NCBI GenBank assembly: GCA_965206595.1
Contig: OZ242214.1
Coordinates: 6,240,001-6,304,000 of the forward strand
Origin: Candidatus Latescibacterota bacterium
GTDB lineage: Bacteria > Latescibacterota > UBA2968 > UBA8231
Direction of reading: 5' to 3'
DNA length: 64,000 nt
How positions within the stretch are numbered: the first letter of the stretch is position 1; each line of letters starts with the position of its first letter. The notes beneath the pieces are model-generated. The model saw only the letters and a list, made by a program, of their open reading frames with translations, searched no databases and was not told the origin of the DNA. A program made the translations under genes and the position numbers. Positions 58,105 through 64,000 of this stretch are shown here, in pieces.

Positions 58105-58800
58105 TTGCCTGGTGTGACACTGCGCTCGACCGTGCTGAAGACTTCCTCGAACAGTTTGGTGGGAAGTACGCAACAGCGGATGCTCAGCGGATCTTCGACG
58201 ATCCGGAGATCGATGCGGTCATGATCCAGACGGGAGAATTACACCATCCCGCACTTGGCATAGCGGCTGCCCGGGCGGGGAAGCACATGTTCATCGAAAA
58301 GCCTATCGCCCGCACGCTCGCGGAAGCGGACAAACTGGTGCATGCTGTTCACGAAGCCGGGGTGAAATTCCAGTTGGGGTTCTGTTTCGAGTACTCACCA
58401 ACAATTGAACGGGCCAAGCAGTTGATGCCACACCCGGCACTCCGTGTGCCAGTGTGCTGCGTCACTCACCGGTCAGGCCTGCCACAACATCGATCTGATC
58501 GTTCACAAGATCCATGATGCGCCACTCACAGCCGTATATGCCTCGGGCGGCAAGTATTTCGACTTCGAGCAGGATTTGCCCATCGACTCCTTCGCCGCGG
58601 TATTTCACTTTGACGATGGCTCTACATGCAGCTATGTACAGCATGGTGTGATGAATCCGCAGCTGAGCAAGTTCCAGTTCCAGCTTTTCGGTCCGGAGGG
58701 GTGTGTGTATGTAGCTGACCGCTTCCGTGAGGTGCTCTGGTATCCCGCGAGTGGTAGCCCTGCTGAGCCCCATCGCGACGATGTGCTCTACATGGGGCAT
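58105..58800 (+). pseudogene. Gfo/Idh/MocA oxidoreductase remnant
   Basis: AWCD...DPEIDAVMI...AGKHMFIEKP...GF; N-terminus cut by oriIS; frameshift near 58440. Confidence 0.75.
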
Positions 58801-59547
58801 CTACCGGCGCTGATGTGGAACCCCGGGTGGCCACAGGACAAGTTCGAGGCGTCGTACCAGAAGTTCGCCGAGCGTATGGCCAAGCAGGGTTACGTCGTCC
58901 TCATCCCGGACCACGGCCCGTTCGGCGAAACCTCGCAGGTGGGAGAAAAGAAGAGGGCAAACATGACGCTCGTGATGGGGATGGGACATGTGGTCGGCAT
59001 CAGTCAGCTCGCGCTTCGCTCGGCAGAGGCATCGCGGTGTGGTGAGTACCTGCGGTCGCGCGACGACGTGGACGCTGCGCGCGTCGCCATCTCCGGCCTG
59101 TGCCAGGGTGGGATGGACACGTGGCTGACGGGCGGGATGGACGACGGCTTCTGCGCCGTGGCCCCCATGTGCTCCGCCTCCACGATGGCCGTTCACTTCG
59201 CCGAGATGCTCTACAGCGCGAATGCCGACGTTTCGCCGTTTCCGTTCGGAATCCTGGACGTCTGTGACATCGAGCACCTGCACGCGGCTGTGGCCCTGCG
59301 ACCGCTGCTGGTCCGGGCGAATCTGCCCGACAACTGGTGGCCCATCAGCGGGCTCGACGACATCGAGAGCCTGACCCGAAAGGTCTACCGTCTGTACGGG
59401 TGCGAGGACAAGGCCGATATCCGGTCCGAGGTGCACGAGCACAACCTGACCGGCCCGTTCGCCGATGCGCTCGAAGCGTTTCTGCTGAAATACGTGTGCC
59501 CACAAAGGTCGCCGCGCGGTCCGACCATGCAGCAGGCCGCACAATGA
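58801..59547 (+). pseudogene. Alpha/beta hydrolase remnant (dienelactone hydrolase/esterase-like), fused in frame to the upstream oxidoreductase remnant
   Basis: AKQGYVVLIPD..FGE, YLRSRDDVDAARVAISGLCQGG, RPLLV, HEH. Confidence 0.7.
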
Positions 59548-61487
59548 AGGACACAAAGTCCCCCTTCACGATCCGGGGCCTCTTCGTCGGGGCCATCATG
59601 TCCGTCTTCGTCGGCGTCGTTGCCCCGTATGGCATGATCATGGTACGGGCGGCCGAGTGGGGCTCTCATGCCTCACAACTGGGCGGCGTCTTCCTGTTCT
59701 TCGTCTTCACTTTCTTGATCAACACCCTTCTGGGACTCATCCGCCGTCCCCTGGCCCTGAACCGGGCCGAGCTCGTCCTCATCTACGTCATGATGCTCGT
59801 GGCGCTGACTGTGCCGACTCAGAACCTGCTCGTCTACATCATCCCGACGATTTGCGTCCCCTTCTACTCGGCCAGCCCCGAGAACAACTGGGCCTCTTTC
59901 ATCCACCCCTATCTTCCTGAGTGGATCGCGCCAAAGGATCTCGACTCCATCCGCCACCTCTACGAAGGTCTGCCGGCAGGTCAGTCGATTCCGTGGGAGG
60001 CGTGGTTGGTGCCGTTCGTCGCCTGGTTTTCCTTCCTCATTGCCCTCAGCGTGATGATGTTTTGTCTCTGCGCGATCCTGCACCGCCAATGGTCGACGAA
60101 TGAACGCCTCGCCTATCCCATGGTCCAGCTGCCGCAGCAGATGATCGAGTCGGGCGACGATCCGCTGGCGCGAGTCGCGCCGTTTTTCCGCAGTCCCGTC
60201 GTCTGGCTCGGGTTCGCATTGCCGTTCACTCTTTGGAGTCTCACCGGTCTCAATCACTATTTCCCGTCGGTGCCCGAATGGCCCTACGGCTTTGGCAGCT
60301 TCGAGCTGTTCAAAGGACATCACGGGGTCCTCTTGACTTTGAGCTTTTCCTGGGTCGGTTTCTTTTTTCTCGTCGACCACAGCATCGTTTTCAGCGTCTG
60401 GTTCTTCTACCTGTTTGCCAAGTTGGAGGGTGGGCTGCTCACAACGCTGGGAATCGCCGGCGACGAAGTCCTGAGCCAGTACGAGTTCTACAACACGCCC
60501 GACATGAACCATCAGAGTGTGGGCGCTATCCTCGTCTTCGTGTTGTTCGGTCTCTGGGTCGGCCGTGGCCATCTGCGCTTGGTGTGGGAGAAGGCCTGGC
60601 ATCCCGATCGAGATCGCGATGGCGTCGATGCAGAGGAGTTGCTCTCCTACCGGGCTGCCCTCTGCGGTTTTCTGATCAGCCTCGCGTTCCTGGCCATCTG
60701 GCTCTGGCTTTCCGGAGTACCGGGCGTGGCGCTGCCGTTCTTCCTTCTCCTGGTGCTCGTTTACTACATTGCGCTGACGAGGGTCACGGCAGCCGGGGGC
60801 ATCCCGTCGGCGCGACCGCCGATCGTCGCCCCGTACGCCGTCATCTCGGGGATGGGCAGCTCCTTGCTCGGGAGCAAGGGGATGGTCGCCCTGAATATGG
60901 CCATGGGGTGGCAGGGGGAAATGAGGCTTTTCCCCATGATCGCCTGCGCCAACGGCCTCAAGCTCGCGGAGATGGTGCAGGGCCCGAAGGGGCGTCTCTT
61001 CTGGGGCATGTTGCTGGCGGTCACGTGCAGTCTCGCAGGAGGGACCTGGATGTTGATGACGCTCGGCTACGAGCACGGCGGCATCAATCTGCTCGGAAAC
61101 TTTCTCAGCAACGGGTACACCTGGCAGTATCTGAACCCGATCCTTCAGAGCCAACCGGAGATTGACGTGCGGGGCTGGATCTTCACCGGCATCGGCGGCG
61201 CTATCGAAGGATTTCTGATGTGGGCGAATCACCGCTGGTTCTGGTGGCCCCTCCACCCGCTCGGGTTAGTCGTCTGCGTCGGTTACCTGGCCAGCCACGT
61301 CTGGTTCTCGGCATTCGTCGCCTGGTTGCTCAAGTTGGGTATCCTGAAGTATGGCGGTGGCTCGCTGTTCGCCAGTATCAAACCTTTCTTCCTGGGACTC
61401 ATCATGGGAGAGGCGACCTGCTCCGGCGTCTGGCTCGCTATCGACTACATGACTGGAACAGTCGGAAACCGTCTGGGTTTTATGTGA
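59544..61487 (+). CDS. Multi-pass membrane protein (DUF6785/DUF6784-like putative transporter)
   Basis: Many TM helices; AELVLIY, QW...ERLAYP, WWPLHPLG, KPFFLGLI motifs; ATG overlaps the upstream stop. Confidence 0.8.
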   Translation: MKDTKSPFTIRGLFVGAIMSVFVGVVAPYGMIMVRAAEWGSHASQLGGVFLFFVFTFLINTLLGLIRRPLALNRAELVLIYVMMLVALTVPTQNLLVYIIPTICVPFYSASPENNWASFIHPYLPEWIAPKDLDSIRHLYEGLPAGQSIPWEAWLVPFVAWFSFLIALSVMMFCLCAILHRQWSTNERLAYPMVQLPQQMIESGDDPLARVAPFFRSPVVWLGFALPFTLWSLTGLNHYFPSVPEWPYGFGSFELFKGHHGVLLTLSFSWVGFFFLVDHSIVFSVWFFYLFAKLEGGLLTTLGIAGDEVLSQYEFYNTPDMNHQSVGAILVFVLFGLWVGRGHLRLVWEKAWHPDRDRDGVDAEELLSYRAALCGFLISLAFLAIWLWLSGVPGVALPFFLLLVLVYYIALTRVTAAGGIPSARPPIVAPYAVISGMGSSLLGSKGMVALNMAMGWQGEMRLFPMIACANGLKLAEMVQGPKGRLFWGMLLAVTCSLAGGTWMLMTLGYEHGGINLLGNFLSNGYTWQYLNPILQSQPEIDVRGWIFTGIGGAIEGFLMWANHRWFWWPLHPLGLVVCVGYLASHVWFSAFVAWLLKLGILKYGGGSLFASIKPFFLGLIMGEATCSGVWLAIDYMTGTVGNRLGFM

Positions 61488-61682
61488 TAGAAGTGCGATA
61501 CGTGCGCAGAGATCGATGCGGCCGATCAGTTGAAGGCACTACCTCGAAGCAGTCGGACTGCCAGCTCGGTCACCACCCTTCGCCTTGCCCAAAATACCGC
61601 CATCGACACAAATTCGTTTCAATGTAGACTAGCGATCTCTATGTCGCTTATGCTTCCTGTTCTCTAGTGAAGGAACAGCGAG

Positions 61683-63713
61683 ATGAGAACGTCCCTGTGC
61701 CTCATTTTGTGCGCCGTCTGCCTGGGTTGGGTCGCGGACTCCAGCGCCACCCTCTACGTCTATCGCCTTGGTGGTGCCGCCGACCAACCCGAACCGGCGT
61801 TTCCGGATGCGTGGGACGTGGAATTCGTCTCCCTTCCGTGGACACCTGTAGACGAGGGCAGCTTCGGCTCCGTCCAACTGATCGAGACAGCTGACGGCTC
61901 CATCGGCCCCGAGAAGATGGACCCCGAGGTGAATCTGACGCCGACCCTGAGGGGTCGGACCGGAGGGTGGATCAAGTCCTCGGACGGATATGGCTTCAAG
62001 GACGAACCGCAGCTGGATTTCATCTTCGACGGCGATCCGACGACGGCCTACGACGGCGGCGGCGGCCACTTCAGGGGCGGCCAGAGCTGCCCGGCGAATG
62101 GCTCTCGGTGCAACGACGAGACCAGAAACCTGCCCACGAACAGCGCCAAGGCGAGTTGGGGGGGCTCCAAGGCGGTCTGGTTCGACCTCGGTGGCGCCTT
62201 TCCGATCCGCCTGATCCGCATGTACCCGACCACCAAACGCTTCGACGAGCGCGTCCTGAAGGTATTCCTGATCGGCACGAGTGACGGCGATCCGCTCAAG
62301 GAGGGCACCAGAGACACGAACTTCTTCTGGCGCGAAGGCCCTTTCAATTTCAATCTGCGTCACCTGATGCTGGAGAACACGGTTCCCTTGCTCGAGCTCG
62401 ACATGGGTGACGTACCCGCCCGCCACATTTTTCTCGAGACCATCCCGGGCAGGTGGGAAATCGCCGAATTCGAGATCTACGGCGCTGGCGTTGCACCGTC
62501 GGCGACGTACACCTCCAACCTCATCCCTCTGGGTGAGCCCGCCAGCCTGGGGAGCCTGACGTGGTCAGGCTCGCGAGACGATGGAGCTGAGGTCGAGCTG
62601 ACCGTGCGCAGCGGCAGTGACGACGATCCCAACGTTTACTGGCGCCACACGTTTCGGGGGTCGGAGCGGTCGCGGTTCGACGCTTCCGGTAAACCGCTGA
62701 CGCGAGCGGCGTACCTGAAACTGGAAGGCGGCGAACGGGCCGGCATCGCGCCGGACACACGGAACTGGGAGTTCTGGACGCCGCCACTGGACTTCGATGA
62801 GCGCAATGCCCAGCTGGTGACGGAGCGTCCGCGCCAGTTCGTGCAGTTCAATGCCGACTTCCTCTCCGAACGGCCGGCAGATGCCGGCAGCCGACTCGAT
62901 TTTCTCGAGTTCACGGTCAGCAAGCCGCCGATCGTAAGCCAGCTGGTAGCCGAAATTTCCCCGGCGGCTGTGCTGCCCAGGGAGGTGACGCGCTTCACAT
63001 ATACCCTGCTGCCGGAGTTCGGAAGGGATGACCTCGGCTTCGACAGTATCGAGATCGAGACGCCGGTGCAGGCGGCGAGTGTTGACACGATCATCCTGAG
63101 CTCGCCGACGAATCCCCTGGCGATCGACACCCTCGATGTGACAGACATGGCGCAGCTGGGACCCGGCGGTTTCGTCATCACGCTGCCTGGAGCGTATCGC
63201 CGAGACCCCCAGAGCTCCCTGATTCCGATCCAAGTCATCTTCCGCGCCCAGGTGTTTCATTACGGCACCCTGTTCGAGGGCCGGGTGTTCGACAGCACGC
63301 GTGAGTGGGAGGTGCACCAGCGCTTGGCCGCAGGCGACGCCGATCCGCTGATCGATGGCAACACCTTGAGTGTGACCCTGACCGAGGTCGAAGCCAGGGC
63401 GGTGGGAGCGCTGCGTCTATCGTCGCCGGCACTGACGCCGAACGGCGATGGGATCAACGACGAGTTGACGATTGACTATGACCTCGTCAACATGGTCGGA
63501 TCCGTGCCGGTAACGGTCGGTTTCTTCGACCTCTCCGGCCGAAAGGTGGCCGAGGTCGTCAGCGAGCGGGCGAGCGGGCAATGGACGGATGTCTGGGATG
63601 GGACTGACGGGAGCGGCAATCTCCAGCCACCGGGGATGTACATCCTCCGCATGGAGGTGGAAACCGATGAGACGACAGACACGGTGACCGAGGCGGTGGC
63701 CCTCGTCTACTGA
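61683..63713 (+). CDS. Secreted protein with C-terminal FlgD-Ig-like domain
   Basis: Signal peptide; DGDPTT, FDLG, WEIAEFEIYG; C-terminal LTPNGDGIND...DLSGRKV...WDG.D..G...PPGMYI. Confidence 0.85.
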   Translation: MRTSLCLILCAVCLGWVADSSATLYVYRLGGAADQPEPAFPDAWDVEFVSLPWTPVDEGSFGSVQLIETADGSIGPEKMDPEVNLTPTLRGRTGGWIKSSDGYGFKDEPQLDFIFDGDPTTAYDGGGGHFRGGQSCPANGSRCNDETRNLPTNSAKASWGGSKAVWFDLGGAFPIRLIRMYPTTKRFDERVLKVFLIGTSDGDPLKEGTRDTNFFWREGPFNFNLRHLMLENTVPLLELDMGDVPARHIFLETIPGRWEIAEFEIYGAGVAPSATYTSNLIPLGEPASLGSLTWSGSRDDGAEVELTVRSGSDDDPNVYWRHTFRGSERSRFDASGKPLTRAAYLKLEGGERAGIAPDTRNWEFWTPPLDFDERNAQLVTERPRQFVQFNADFLSERPADAGSRLDFLEFTVSKPPIVSQLVAEISPAAVLPREVTRFTYTLLPEFGRDDLGFDSIEIETPVQAASVDTIILSSPTNPLAIDTLDVTDMAQLGPGGFVITLPGAYRRDPQSSLIPIQVIFRAQVFHYGTLFEGRVFDSTREWEVHQRLAAGDADPLIDGNTLSVTLTEVEARAVGALRLSSPALTPNGDGINDELTIDYDLVNMVGSVPVTVGFFDLSGRKVAEVVSERASGQWTDVWDGTDGSGNLQPPGMYILRMEVETDETTDTVTEAVALVY

Positions 63714-63881
63714 GGGAGCGGCGAAGCTATGCCGCCCTGTTCAGGCCGGCTGGCATGGCATGGGCGGCCTCTTCTGGCGAACAGCGACCCAGCCGTACAT
63801 CAGGCGATCCGCGAAGAGCTGGAGCAGGTTATCGAGGAGGAAGGAAATCCCGGAAACAACATCTTGCCGCGGATTCCGGAG

Positions 63882-64000
63882 CGATGCCGACCCTCTTTCC
63901 TTCGCGCTCAAAACGCCGTGGTCGGATGGGACCCGCCATCTCCTGCTGTCGCCGATGGAACTGCTGGAGAAGCTGGCGGCTCTGGTTCCCCCGCCCCGGT
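63882..64000 (+). mobile_element. Second ISCR/IS91 transposase fragment (runs off the window)
   Basis: Near-identical to 57435-57554 (3 substitutions, 1 indel). Confidence 0.9.

Overview
High-GC bacterial genomic DNA. The gene content suggests an uncultured Latescibacterota/Gemmatimonadota-like lineage and possibly a sponge symbiont; this is inferred from the plant-type LRR lipoproteins, WD40+FlgD-Ig proteins and DUF6785-like membrane protein. Bases 1 to ~36 kb are mostly core genes: sugar isomerase, GT2, map, TlpA, dnaE, a wecB/UDP-GlcA decarboxylase/RND operon, a xanthine-dehydrogenase-family molybdoenzyme operon with a MoaD-like protein, a ugd-rfbB-dut-(TonB receptor remnant)-SLBB run, a Rieske fusion protein, a decayed two-component/methyltransferase locus, class I aldolase, aceE and a 2-hydroxyacid dehydrogenase. 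From ~36 kb onward the region is accessory and heavily rearranged. It holds a broken LRR gene, IS1380, a DUF3883 remnant, a 37-repeat LRR lipoprotein between WD40 remnants and a second RND pair. A putative defence island follows: an AT-rich ADP-ribosyltransferase-fold ORF, then a split ISCR/IS91 element enclosing an IS110 remnant, an intact 1359-aa Cap4-like nuclease-STAND ATPase-helical repeat protein (Avs/NLR-like), IS630 and a DNA methyltransferase remnant. The window ends with cargo bounded by the ISCR oriIS and a second ISCR copy. No rRNA, tRNA, CRISPR array or reverse transcriptase was seen. Many accessory genes carry short tandem duplications, small deletions or homopolymer indels, which may be real decay or assembly artefacts. 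All family assignments come from motif recognition; no database searches were run.
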